This document shows, piece by piece, positions 29,864-39,530 of a stretch of DNA of 57,721 nt. The stretch lies in sequence record SRR31156797_17267; one strand, given 5' to 3'. The notes beneath the pieces were generated by a model. The model was not told the DNA's origin. It made no database searches and saw only the letters and a program-made list of their open reading frames with translations. The position numbers and the translations under genes were made by a program. Within the stretch, counting starts at the first letter, position 1. Each line of letters opens with the position of its first letter.

Positions 29864-31126
29864 TCAACGCCACATCCCTCTCATATCAATTACAATTTTT
29901 TCCTTAAGAAGATCGTGATCAACCTGTTTAAACTCATCATGGTCTACCAATCCCACCACAATATCCGCCTGTTCCATAGCTGTTTCGATATCTACCCGGT
30001 GGGTAAAAATGCTTTCTTGCAAAGCAGCAGGCAATTCGTTGACATGTGGCTCGACGACCAAAAGATCCCCTACTTGCTCTAAAACAAGCTGCTGAACTAT
30101 CTGCAGAGCTGGACTCTCTCGCAAATCATCAATATTTGCCTTAAAGGCCAAACCTAAACAGGCAATCTTGGGGTTCTTGAATCTTTCAGCCTTTGCCTTG
30201 ATCTTTTGCAGGACATAATTTGGTTTACTGTCATTCACTTCCCGAGCCGTGCGCATTAGTCTTGCTTGTTCAGGCGCTGAATCTATTATAAACCATGGGT
30301 CGACAGCAATACAATGGCCACCAACTCCAGGACCTGGTTGCAGAATATTCACCCTGGGGTGACGGTTAGATAGTTCTATCATCTCCCAAACATTGACGTG
30401 CAATCCTTCACAAACCATGGAAAGTTCATTGGCAAAGGCAATATTTACATCGCGATATGCATTTTCTGTCAGTTTACTCAGTTCTGCGGTTCTGGAATTA
30501 GTTGTTAAACATTCGCCCTTTACAAAAATTTTGTACAATTTGATGGCTGCTTGCGAACAACCTGGAGTCATCCCGCCAATAATTCGATCATTGCTTACCA
30601 GTTCCTGGATCACATGACCAGGCAGGACACGTTCTGGGCAATGAGCAATGCATATATCGACATTATTTCCTTGCTGATGAGGAAAAATAAGATCTGGACG
30701 TTGTTCAGCCAGCCAACCAGAAAGCTTTTCTGTTGTCCCCACAGGGCTTGTGGATTCAAGGATAACGAGATTGCCTCGTTCCAACACAGGAGCAATGGCT
30801 TTTGCCGCAGCTTCGATGCAGCTGAGATCTGGCTTATGATTGTCTGTGAATGGAGTAGGCACCGCGATCAAGAAGGCATCTGCAGCTTCAGGTACGGTAG
30901 TGGCTCTAAGCTGACCAGTTTGAACTGCACTCCGAACCACGATATCCAAATCTGGTTCGACAATATGAATTTTACCCTGATTTATCGTATCAACAGCCTG
31001 CTGGTTGATATCAACGCCAACAACTTCAACCCCTCTGGAGGCCATAATTGCAGCAGTAGGGAGCCCGATATACCCGAGCCCAATCATGCAAATCTTTTTG
31101 AAGTGTTGTGAAGAAAGAACTGCCAT
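29864..31126 (-). CDS. wecC: UDP-N-acetyl-D-mannosamine dehydrogenase
   Basis: GLGYIGLPTA, AVPTPF, ESTSPVGTT, HCPERVLPG, GPGVGGHCIAVDPWF, GLAFKANIDDLRESP. Confidence 0.95.
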   Translation of the reverse strand: MAVLSSQHFKKICMIGLGYIGLPTAAIMASRGVEVVGVDINQQAVDTINQGKIHIVEPDLDIVVRSAVQTGQLRATTVPEAADAFLIAVPTPFTDNHKPDLSCIEAAAKAIAPVLERGNLVILESTSPVGTTEKLSGWLAEQRPDLIFPHQQGNNVDICIAHCPERVLPGHVIQELVSNDRIIGGMTPGCSQAAIKLYKIFVKGECLTTNSRTAELSKLTENAYRDVNIAFANELSMVCEGLHVNVWEMIELSNRHPRVNILQPGPGVGGHCIAVDPWFIIDSAPEQARLMRTAREVNDSKPNYVLQKIKAKAERFKNPKIACLGLAFKANIDDLRESPALQIVQQLVLEQVGDLLVVEPHVNELPAALQESIFTHRVDIETAMEQADIVVGLVDHDEFKQVDHDLLKEKIVIDMRGMWR

Positions 31127-31130
31127 TATT

Positions 31131-32270
31131 TTACTCCGTACTTAATTTTTCCGACAACAAATCTTCAACAATTCGTTGACAGGCATTGCCATCTCCATAG
31201 GGGTTATGGGCAAAGCTAATTTTGTTATAATGCTCTTGATCGTCTAATAACCGCTGAGCAGCTGTAACGATCGCCTCCTGACTGGACCCTACCAATTGAA
31301 CGGTGCCTGCTGTTACAGCTTCAGGACGTTCAGTGGTATCTCGCATGACCAGTACCGGTTTCCCCAGAGATGGTGCCTCTTCTTGGATCCCCCCTGAATC
31401 GGTAATAATAATGCTCGATTGACGCATAAGATACATAAAAGGCAGATAACCAACAGGGGCAATCAAATGAACATTAGGATGATTACCTAAAATACGTTGC
31501 ACTGGTTCCTGAACATTGGGGTTGAGGTGCACAGGATAGACGACCTGAACATCGCCTCGTTTTGCAAGTTGCAGCAGGGCATGGCAAATATTCTCAAAGC
31601 CCTGACCAAAACTCTCTCGTCGATGACCGGTTACCAGGATGGTTTGCTGCCCCTTGTCGAGAAACAGGAATTGCCCAGCGGCTTCCTGCTGAAGTTTTTT
31701 GTTTCTCTCCAGCTGATTATCAACCCACAGCAAGGCGTCTATAACCGTATTGCCAGTGATTAATATACGGCTTTCTGATACGCCCTCTCTCAGAAGGTTG
31801 TCTGCCGCCCAGGCGGTTGGAGCATAGTGACGATCAGCAATAGCGCCTGTGAGTTTTCGGTTGATTTCCTCAGGCCAAGGTGCGTAAATATCACCGGTCC
31901 GCAGTCCTGCTTCCACATGACCTACAGGAATACGAGCATAATAGGCGGCAAGGCTCGCTGCCAGAGTTGTGGTCGTATCGCCATGCACTAGAATTCGATC
32001 GGGTCTACAACTGCTGAGCACATCGCCAAGGCCCCTCAAAACATTACAGGTAACATCTGTCAGATTCTGGCCAGGTTTCATAATGTCGAGATCAAAATCA
32101 GGGCTGATTTGAAAAAGCTCAAGAACCTGATCAAGCATTTCTCTGTGCTGGGCAGTAACGCAGAGATACGATGTAACTCCAGGTTCAGCAGCCAGTCTTC
32201 GCACAAGTGGTGCCATTTTGATAGCTTCCGGGCGAGTGCCGAAAACTGTAAGTATTTTCAATTTTTCCAT
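31131..32270 (-). CDS. wecB: UDP-N-acetylglucosamine 2-epimerase (non-hydrolysing)
   Basis: [49 protein letters not shown]. Confidence 0.95.
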   Translation of the reverse strand: MEKLKILTVFGTRPEAIKMAPLVRRLAAEPGVTSYLCVTAQHREMLDQVLELFQISPDFDLDIMKPGQNLTDVTCNVLRGLGDVLSSCRPDRILVHGDTTTTLAASLAAYYARIPVGHVEAGLRTGDIYAPWPEEINRKLTGAIADRHYAPTAWAADNLLREGVSESRILITGNTVIDALLWVDNQLERNKKLQQEAAGQFLFLDKGQQTILVTGHRRESFGQGFENICHALLQLAKRGDVQVVYPVHLNPNVQEPVQRILGNHPNVHLIAPVGYLPFMYLMRQSSIIITDSGGIQEEAPSLGKPVLVMRDTTERPEAVTAGTVQLVGSSQEAIVTAAQRLLDDQEHYNKISFAHNPYGDGNACQRIVEDLLSEKLSTE

Positions 32271-32313
32271 TTTTTCACATTATTTCCCAGGTACGTTTCG
32301 GTCTTCAAACTGT

Positions 32314-34398
32314 TCATGCCCCAGCACCTCTATCTCCACTCTCTCCTGCCTGATACTCAGGTGTATATTCCGGGATCAACTGGTGCAGCGTGGCCTTTAT
32401 GCCATGACTGTCGTGGGCTTTTGCCTTTACCTGAAGTTGCTCCAGGCCATCAAATATCTCGGCACAAGTTACCCCCTGCCCTTGCAGAACCATGATTTTC
32501 TCATGGCTGGTATCAACAATTCCCTCACCTTCGGTGATCAGTTCTTCGTAGAGCTTTTCCCCAGGTCGTAAGCCAGTATAAGTGATCTCGATTCCTGTGT
32601 CTGGTTCACGGCCAGCAAGTTTGATTAAATCCCTTGCCATATCAGCAATTTTTATAGGCTCCCCCATTTTGAGAATAAAAATCTCATCCCCCTGCCCCAT
32701 GGCGCCTGCCTGAAGGATTAGCTGGGCCGCCTCTTCTATGGACATAAAATAACGGGTTATCTCCGGATGTGTGACGGTAACCGGCCCCCCCTTCTCAATC
32801 TGGCGCTTAAACAACGGTATTACCGAACCCGAAGAGCCCAGTACGTTTCCAAACCGAACAGCCATGAATATGGTATCATGACATGAATCCATCTTACCTG
32901 AAGAAGCATCACGCAAGCCGTAATTCTCCATTCGCATTCGGGCGGGACAGAAACTTCCGTCCCATTTATCCTTGCCATATGCCATCATAAGCAATTCAGT
33001 CAATCGTTTCGATGCCCCCATCACATTGGTAGGCCGCACGGCCTTATCCGTTGAAACTAAGACAAAACGTTTCACTCTATGCACAAGGGCGGTTTCAATA
33101 AGCAATTGGGCTGCAAAAACATTGTTGTAAACAGCCTGCCAGGGATTATTCTCCACGAGGGGAACATGTTTATACGCTGCAGCGTGAAAAATAACATCTG
33201 GCTGATACCGCTGAAACACCAACTCCAGCAGCCCATGATCCTGAACTTTACCAAGAATTGGCACCATTTCGTGATATTGGTTCTCATGCTGCAGCTCCAT
33301 CTGAATGGCATAGAGGTTTTCTTCACTTGCGTCAAAGAGGATGATCTGTTTTGGAGCAAAACGGAGGACCTGACGACAGAGTTCGGAGCCGATTGACCCT
33401 CCAGCGCCAGTGACCAACACTACCTGGTCCCAAAGGTAAGAACCTATTTCTTCTTGGTCCAGCCGAACTTCTTCCCGGCCCAGAAGGTCGGCATAGGATA
33501 TATCACGCATGGCTTGGACCGACACCTTGCCGTCGATAATCTCACCGATACCTGGCAGAACTTTAAAAGGAATTTCAGCCCCTTGACAGCATTCCACAAC
33601 GCGCTGCATAGCAGATCCACTGATGGAGGAGATGGCAATAAGCGCCTCCTCGGCTTTAACACGGCGGACATGCTCCTCCAGGTCTTGGATCAGCCCCACC
33701 ACAGCAATTCCATGTATTTTCATTCCTGTTTTTCGTGGGTCATCATCAACGAGTCCAACCACTACATAGGGCAGATCGCTGTTTTCCCCGATCTCCCGCA
33801 TCACCTTTTCCGCATAGGCCCCTGCTCCAACAAGAAGCAATCGTTTTTTACGGGAAACGATATTTCTAGAAAATAACTTTCTTGGTCCCTGCATGTTCTG
33901 ATAAAAATGGCGGATAGCGACCCGATGGCCACTGATCAGCAAAAAGGTGAGCAGAGTGTCGAGGATAAAAACAGACCGGGAATATCCCTGAAATCGATTG
34001 GTAAACAGTAAGATGATAATGACTATACCAGCAGCACAAACAGTTCCCTTGACAATGTTTAAAATGTCACTATAGCTCGTATAACGCCACATACCGCGAT
34101 AGAGACCTAATGCATAAAAAACAACTATTTTTATGGAAAGAAGCAATATTGTTGAAAATGAAAATGTAAAAAAATTCAGGGCCGCGAGGTTATCAGCAAA
34201 ACGAATAACGTTAGCCAAATAATGCGCAACAATAAGCAAAAGGATATCAGTAGATACAATCAACCAAAACTTGGGATTAGCGGAAAGGGTCTTAAATAGA
34301 ACCAACTGGGTCTTGATATTCTGACGTGCAGTAGAGTACATAAGGTAAATCGTATCGTGGGTTGAGGTAAAACTTAACCCCAAGAGATCCTGACTCAA
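32314..34398 (-). CDS. Membrane-bound UDP-GlcNAc 4,6-dehydratase (PglF/WbpM/CapD family)
   Basis: 4 N-terminal TMs, LYRGMWRY, TGAGGSIGSEL, HAAAYKHVP, STDKAVRP, RFGNVLGSSGSV, GLRPGEKLYEEL. Confidence 0.93.
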   Translation of the reverse strand: MSQDLLGLSFTSTHDTIYLMYSTARQNIKTQLVLFKTLSANPKFWLIVSTDILLLIVAHYLANVIRFADNLAALNFFTFSFSTILLLSIKIVVFYALGLYRGMWRYTSYSDILNIVKGTVCAAGIVIIILLFTNRFQGYSRSVFILDTLLTFLLISGHRVAIRHFYQNMQGPRKLFSRNIVSRKKRLLLVGAGAYAEKVMREIGENSDLPYVVVGLVDDDPRKTGMKIHGIAVVGLIQDLEEHVRRVKAEEALIAISSISGSAMQRVVECCQGAEIPFKVLPGIGEIIDGKVSVQAMRDISYADLLGREEVRLDQEEIGSYLWDQVVLVTGAGGSIGSELCRQVLRFAPKQIILFDASEENLYAIQMELQHENQYHEMVPILGKVQDHGLLELVFQRYQPDVIFHAAAYKHVPLVENNPWQAVYNNVFAAQLLIETALVHRVKRFVLVSTDKAVRPTNVMGASKRLTELLMMAYGKDKWDGSFCPARMRMENYGLRDASSGKMDSCHDTIFMAVRFGNVLGSSGSVIPLFKRQIEKGGPVTVTHPEITRYFMSIEEAAQLILQAGAMGQGDEIFILKMGEPIKIADMARDLIKLAGREPDTGIEITYTGLRPGEKLYEELITEGEGIVDTSHEKIMVLQGQGVTCAEIFDGLEQLQVKAKAHDSHGIKATLHQLIPEYTPEYQAGESGDRGAGA

Positions 34399-34489
34399 AG
34401 GGTAGAGTCCAATTTACTATTGATTAAACAAGTTTCCATTGAGAAATGGCGGTAATCATAACTCCTTACCTACCGAAGCTTAAACATTT

Positions 34490-36595
34490 TTACTGGCGAC
34501 TCTTATTAAAAATTGCCCCAAGCAGCCTCCCTCCTACATTGGCCAAAGACCTTTTGAACTGCTTTACTCCGTCGCGCGGAGTTTCACCTTCTACAGCAAC
34601 AAGAATCAAACCATCAACCATAGTCGAAAGAGCCAAAATCTCGGCAGCGCCCTGGTAAGCAGGTCCATCTAGGATGACCACGTCATAATCTTTAGCGACA
34701 GTTCGTAATAATTGATCCATGCGTTTGGAAGAGAGTAACTCTCCAGGGTTTGATGGAAGAGGTCCACTATTGATAAAATCTAGCCTGGGATAACCAGTCG
34801 GAGTAATAATATCTGACAGTTCAGCCTTCCCAGTGAGAAGAGAGGATAGCCCTGGTCCTGCTGTGGCATCCTGGCCTGGTGATTGAAGATCACTCTTTCT
34901 TAAATTTACATCTATCAGCAAACATTTCTCATTTTCCAACAAAAAAGATAAGCCACAGTTGCTAGCTAACGAACTTTTACCTGCCCCCGGCAGGATACTT
35001 GTCAAAAGAATGGTTTTGGGAGAGGTGGTTACCACTGAAAAACGAATCGAAGTCATTATTATGCTAAAAGCCGTCGCCAAAAGAGATCGTGGTTCACTGA
35101 TCGCTTTTTCGACCAAGTGCTTAGGATTATTAACGGCCTCTTTGCAATAAGGTATAAAACCAAGAACGAGGATACCAAAACGATCTGTCATTTCATCAGA
35201 TTTCTTTATAGTATTATCAAAAAAATCAAAAAGAAATGCTGCACAGAGTCCACCAATTAATCCCAAGACCAGTCCTAGAAATACATTAAGCGCAACTCGT
35301 GGTTTGATAGGCTTGAGAGGTGATCTAGCAATATCAAGAATCTCTATACTGGTAACCGGGGCATCAAAGGTCACCTTTATTTTTTCTAAGCGTAACTGGA
35401 GGCTCTCAAGAACAGCTACACCTTGTTTCACCTGATTTTCGAAAACTATATATTGAGCTGTTAGTTCGTCCAAAGTAACTGCTATAATTTTCAATTGCTC
35501 AATTTTGGCAAGCAAAGTATTTTCAATTTCCAATGAGGCCTTATAAGATTTGCTGGCAGAGTCAATCCCCGCGCCTTTATCAGAAGGTGCCTGGCCAACA
35601 GTTTCATCTCGATATAATAAGCCATCTTTATCGCCAAAGGTAAATTGTAAACTGCTGTTGCCTAGAGCCCCCCTGCTTGATCGTATCCGAGCAAGCTCCT
35701 GATTTAACGTCTCAAGTTGAGAAGCAACAAGGTTCTGCTTGAAAGTAATTAGAAGTATACCGTTTTCTTGGGCGAATTTTTGCAGACCCTTTTCCGATTC
35801 TGAAAGCTTGAGCTGAAACCCTTCAAGCTTGAACTGAGCCAGTTCAATCTTTTTTTCCAGAAACTCGATAGCAACGAGAGAAGCCTTCTGATTACTCTCC
35901 ATTTGCAAGCTAACTAACTCCTCCATCACCATGTTAGTCATCTCTGCAGCCAGGCCAGGAGAAGATGCCTTAAAAAACACTTCTATAAATTTACTTTTGC
36001 GCACTGGTTTAGCAGCGAGCATGCTATGAAAGTGACCTATTGACTGATTAACTAAAATCTTTTTCTGTGCTTCATCGCTTAGAGAATTTAACGTGGATGT
36101 ATTCCCTGCAATTCCAACAAAAGATTTTAAACCACCAAGAAGCTTTTTCATCTGTGAAGCTATGGAACCAGCATCTTCTTTCCTATTGAAGATGGAGTTA
36201 CTTGTTAACTCCAGATGACTTATAACTCTAAGAGCAAGTTTGTCTGTCTTCAACAGCTTTATTATGTTCTGCTGGAGCTCTGCAGTCGTCAACATACCAT
36301 TTACGCCGACATTGGTGACAGGAGGAGAAACCTGAAGTACACCTTTTGCTTTATACTGTGGCGTAGCCATGAAAATATAAAGTGAAACGGCAATCAAACA
36401 GAACAACAAACAAGTTATAATTATAGATTTTCGCCGCACGACCACATTGAACAAATATCGCAGATCGACTTCATCCTCAAATTGAGGTGCAACCTGATAT
36501 TGCATTTCTGTACCTTGTGGATTTTCTACTCTCTGTTCACGCGTAACTATTTGCTGTTCCACTTTCTGACAATTGTCTTTAGATTGATGTATCAT
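34490..36595 (-). CDS. wzc: Wzc/GumC-like polysaccharide co-polymerase with degenerate tyrosine kinase domain
   Basis: EVDLR, TM, coiled coil, PIKPR TM2, Walker A SILPGAGKS, SGPLPSNPGELL; no C-terminal Tyr cluster. Confidence 0.8.
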   Translation of the reverse strand: MIHQSKDNCQKVEQQIVTREQRVENPQGTEMQYQVAPQFEDEVDLRYLFNVVVRRKSIIITCLLFCLIAVSLYIFMATPQYKAKGVLQVSPPVTNVGVNGMLTTAELQQNIIKLLKTDKLALRVISHLELTSNSIFNRKEDAGSIASQMKKLLGGLKSFVGIAGNTSTLNSLSDEAQKKILVNQSIGHFHSMLAAKPVRKSKFIEVFFKASSPGLAAEMTNMVMEELVSLQMESNQKASLVAIEFLEKKIELAQFKLEGFQLKLSESEKGLQKFAQENGILLITFKQNLVASQLETLNQELARIRSSRGALGNSSLQFTFGDKDGLLYRDETVGQAPSDKGAGIDSASKSYKASLEIENTLLAKIEQLKIIAVTLDELTAQYIVFENQVKQGVAVLESLQLRLEKIKVTFDAPVTSIEILDIARSPLKPIKPRVALNVFLGLVLGLIGGLCAAFLFDFFDNTIKKSDEMTDRFGILVLGFIPYCKEAVNNPKHLVEKAISEPRSLLATAFSIIMTSIRFSVVTTSPKTILLTSILPGAGKSSLASNCGLSFLLENEKCLLIDVNLRKSDLQSPGQDATAGPGLSSLLTGKAELSDIITPTGYPRLDFINSGPLPSNPGELLSSKRMDQLLRTVAKDYDVVILDGPAYQGAAEILALSTMVDGLILVAVEGETPRDGVKQFKRSLANVGGRLLGAIFNKSRQ

Positions 36596-37387
36596 ATTGT
36601 GTATTACTGGGAATAAATATTACCAGCTAAGAAGCTAATAAAGTCCGTCATTCACCAAAACCGAGCATTTAAGCTCATTGGTGTTCCAAACGACAGGACT
36701 TAGTGAATTAGGCGAAGGCACCCCTGCACGAAATGTCCTAAACAATACCAGGGAAAAAATCAAGCTAATTGCCTCAATATTATTCCGGCAAAATCAACCA
36801 CTTCCAGCTACCAAATAATAGCCAACTGAAAATTAACCCAGCAAACTCTGGAACCAGGTAGGCTTCTCCCAGGTGCCCCTCCTCACTGTCCCAAACTTGG
36901 ATATTCCAAGACAAGTTCCGTCACGATGCCGAACAATAGAAAAGTGCAGTCAACCCATTTAGCAACCGGATTACGAAGGGATGCAGTTTTTTTGAGATTC
37001 GAATATAACTCAACGATAAAGAACACTTTTGCCGGACGCCTCACGTTGGAAGCGGCTCCCCAGATTGCTAACCGGAAGAATCCAAGCCTGGAAAAACAGT
37101 CAAAGTTGGTGAAAACAAAATTTAAAGGCTTAAAAGCCAATTTCCCAACCAATAAACTTGAAAAATAGGATTTTCAAGCCCCCAAAGATGCATGATAGAT
37201 CCGGCGCCAAGAACCCCTTCAAAAAAACGAACCATTCATTTCCGCAACGTAACAACTCATCTTCTCAGGTATATGTTGCCTGCTAGAGACAGCTGAATTA
37301 CAGCGAGAGGACTAACTCACTGAAACGTCTTTTTTTGAACAGATATCTTTTGAAACAAGTGGGGCCCACATCACCACCAAAAACGAC

Positions 37388-38485
37388 CTATCTTTTCCCG
37401 CTTATCTTGTTCCTAACTCTCCGCAATTTTTCAGCGATTCTCCAAGCTGCAGTGTTCTTCATAAGTTCAATTTCACCTGCTGCCTGTTCATAGTTGCTGT
37501 GCAGCCTCTCAACCTCACCAGCTAAATATTTTTTTTCCTGTAAAAGTTCTTCCAACTGTCTGCGTACCTCAACATTGTCATCCCTGCATATCTGCAGTTC
37601 CCTTTGCAGATCAATGTCACTATGATATGCCGACATCACTTGTCGAATATCTTGAAAAAGAAAAAATTCTTTCTCCGTATTGTATTGTTCCCTGATCTTA
37701 TCAATTTTTACGAGAAAGCTTCCATCTTCTCCGTGTTCGCACATGACAAAAAACAGCTCAATCGCTTGCTTTACCAAGCCGGTTCCAAAGCCACCTGCTA
37801 AATTCTCACTATCATGGTGCTTTAATTTTCTATCAACAAACGCTCTCGCTTTATCCAGATAATCATCTGGAGTCACATCATGCAGCTGAAATACTTCTAT
37901 GAGCTGCTTCACAACACACTCAGGCTCATTGACCAACTGGTTAAAAGATAGAAAAATCCGCTGACAACCACGTGAAGCCTTCTCTGCGGCAAGAGTATGA
38001 TTCATCCACAAGTTGATTCCCTTATTTAAAGAGAAACCGTTTCTAGTTTGCAAGGATTTAGCCACTTCAACGGGGTGACGTATCGGCAGAATGCAGACCG
38101 GCAAGATATCACTTTCTTCGCACGCCTCACGCCATAACGGAAAAAGAATGCTGATTCGTGGATCTTTGATACTAAATAACGATGTACCCTGAAATTCCTT
38201 TTCCAGAAATTGCTTTATCTCTTCTTTAAAAAGATTAGCCTCCTTTCCTTCTAACCATTTCTGCCCGAAAAAAAACGGATCATCCCAGCGAAAACCACAC
38301 TGCCGAATGAACCTCTCGTTCAAATCATATACCCGCTGATTTTCAAAAAAACCTTTAGGATTGTCGACCAAAGGTGACAGGAGTTTTTCTCCCAATTCCA
38401 CCCCCAGAGTATCCAGCAATCCTGTCAATGCTGAAGTACCACTCCGGTGCATTCCGACAACAAAGATACAAATTTTACCACTCAC
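37388..38485 (-). CDS. Sulfotransferase-fold protein with C-terminal coiled coil
   Basis: VVGMHRSGTS, NPKGFFEN, KDPR, RHPVEVAKSL; C-terminal heptads ending NTAAWRIAEKLR. Confidence 0.8.
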   Translation of the reverse strand: MSGKICIFVVGMHRSGTSALTGLLDTLGVELGEKLLSPLVDNPKGFFENQRVYDLNERFIRQCGFRWDDPFFFGQKWLEGKEANLFKEEIKQFLEKEFQGTSLFSIKDPRISILFPLWREACEESDILPVCILPIRHPVEVAKSLQTRNGFSLNKGINLWMNHTLAAEKASRGCQRIFLSFNQLVNEPECVVKQLIEVFQLHDVTPDDYLDKARAFVDRKLKHHDSENLAGGFGTGLVKQAIELFFVMCEHGEDGSFLVKIDKIREQYNTEKEFFLFQDIRQVMSAYHSDIDLQRELQICRDDNVEVRRQLEELLQEKKYLAGEVERLHSNYEQAAGEIELMKNTAAWRIAEKLRRVRNKISGKR

Positions 38486-38592
38486 CCGGAAGTCTCCATC
38501 CTAGCTCGCTCAATTGTAACGAGGCAATTATCAAATCGTTTTTCAATGTTATTGCTCAAGAATATCTGAAAATCTAACAAGCGTAGCCAATG

Positions 38593-38607
38593 GCAAAACA
38601 TCTGCCT
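38593..38607 (-). promoter_or_regulatory. Possible sigma54 -24/-12 site upstream of the sulfotransferase-like gene
   Basis: Minus strand AGGCAGATGTTTTGC has GG-N10-GC spacing; imperfect match to the consensus. Confidence 0.25.
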
Positions 38608-38775
38608 AGAACAGCCATTTTCTCTTATATAGAAAGGATAGAATAATCAGCGAGGGTACCGATACATGAAATACAGGGCTACTGCAAGAGGTTTTAATGT
38701 GGTGGCCAAATATCCTGCGACCTACCTCATTTTATCGATTAGGTTCATCACCATTTGACAACCCCACTCTAAAGC

Positions 38776-39513
38776 TTATTTCTGTTCAAGCCACTCAGCA
38801 TTCAGCATTAATTCATGGGGCAAGAACCTTTTTTTATAATCCATACCTGGAAAGTTTTCGATCCAATAGCCTAAATAGAGAAAATCAATTTTATGGCTTC
38901 GACAGAAATTGATGAGATACAATATGTTGTAAGTACCAAGGCTTCGCTGGCTGTGCCTTGGGGAAAAATAGAAATAAACAGCATTCAACCACCCTGGAGC
39001 ACAATCCAGCACTGCCACGCCTACCAACTCATCACCCAACCGATAACGGATCTCAAAACAACGGGCAATGGTCGTAATAAAAAAACCAGTATAATAGCCT
39101 TCTGCGTGACTGTTACCCCCAGGAAAACGGGTGGTTAAAAAGGTCTCCAGCAGGTTCAGGTTTTCCCTGGACATGGTCAGCGGGGCGACACCTGCTGTTA
39201 TATCCCTATTTTTTCTGAGAACTCTTCGCTGGTTACGGTTGGCCCGAAATTTTTTCGGTCGGATCCGAATAGGTACGCACAGAGAACATTCTGGGCAGTG
39301 CATTGTATACATGCTGTTCCCGTTGCGCCTGTACCCTTGTGCCAGAAAACGACCCATGATCTGATCATCCAGCCAACCGAAAACAGCCTGATGATATACT
39401 GCCTTTTGATCCAGACCATAGGGGCAGCGGGCTGCAACATCAACGAAATAATTGTCTATATTGAGATGACCTTGTTCAACATCAGCAAAGGAACTGTTAT
39501 CATTTTCATCCAC
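38776..39513 (-). CDS. bpt: Arginyltransferase-family protein (Ate/Bpt; Asp/Glu-specific leucyltransferase)
   Basis: CPY, GYRRNG, CPECSLCVPIRI, NAVYFYF, SLGTYNIL, YLGYWI, MDYKKRF. Confidence 0.88.
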   Translation of the reverse strand: MDENDNSSFADVEQGHLNIDNYFVDVAARCPYGLDQKAVYHQAVFGWLDDQIMGRFLAQGYRRNGNSMYTMHCPECSLCVPIRIRPKKFRANRNQRRVLRKNRDITAGVAPLTMSRENLNLLETFLTTRFPGGNSHAEGYYTGFFITTIARCFEIRYRLGDELVGVAVLDCAPGWLNAVYFYFSPRHSQRSLGTYNILYLINFCRSHKIDFLYLGYWIENFPGMDYKKRFLPHELMLNAEWLEQK

Positions 39514-39530
39514 GATCAGAGCACCCCCTC

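Noticed and set aside
36780-37380. ORF 36926-37168 as a transposase remnant, or an ops/JUMPstart element upstream of wzc
   Set aside because: No catalytic motif, terminal repeats or GGCGGTAG ops site recognised.
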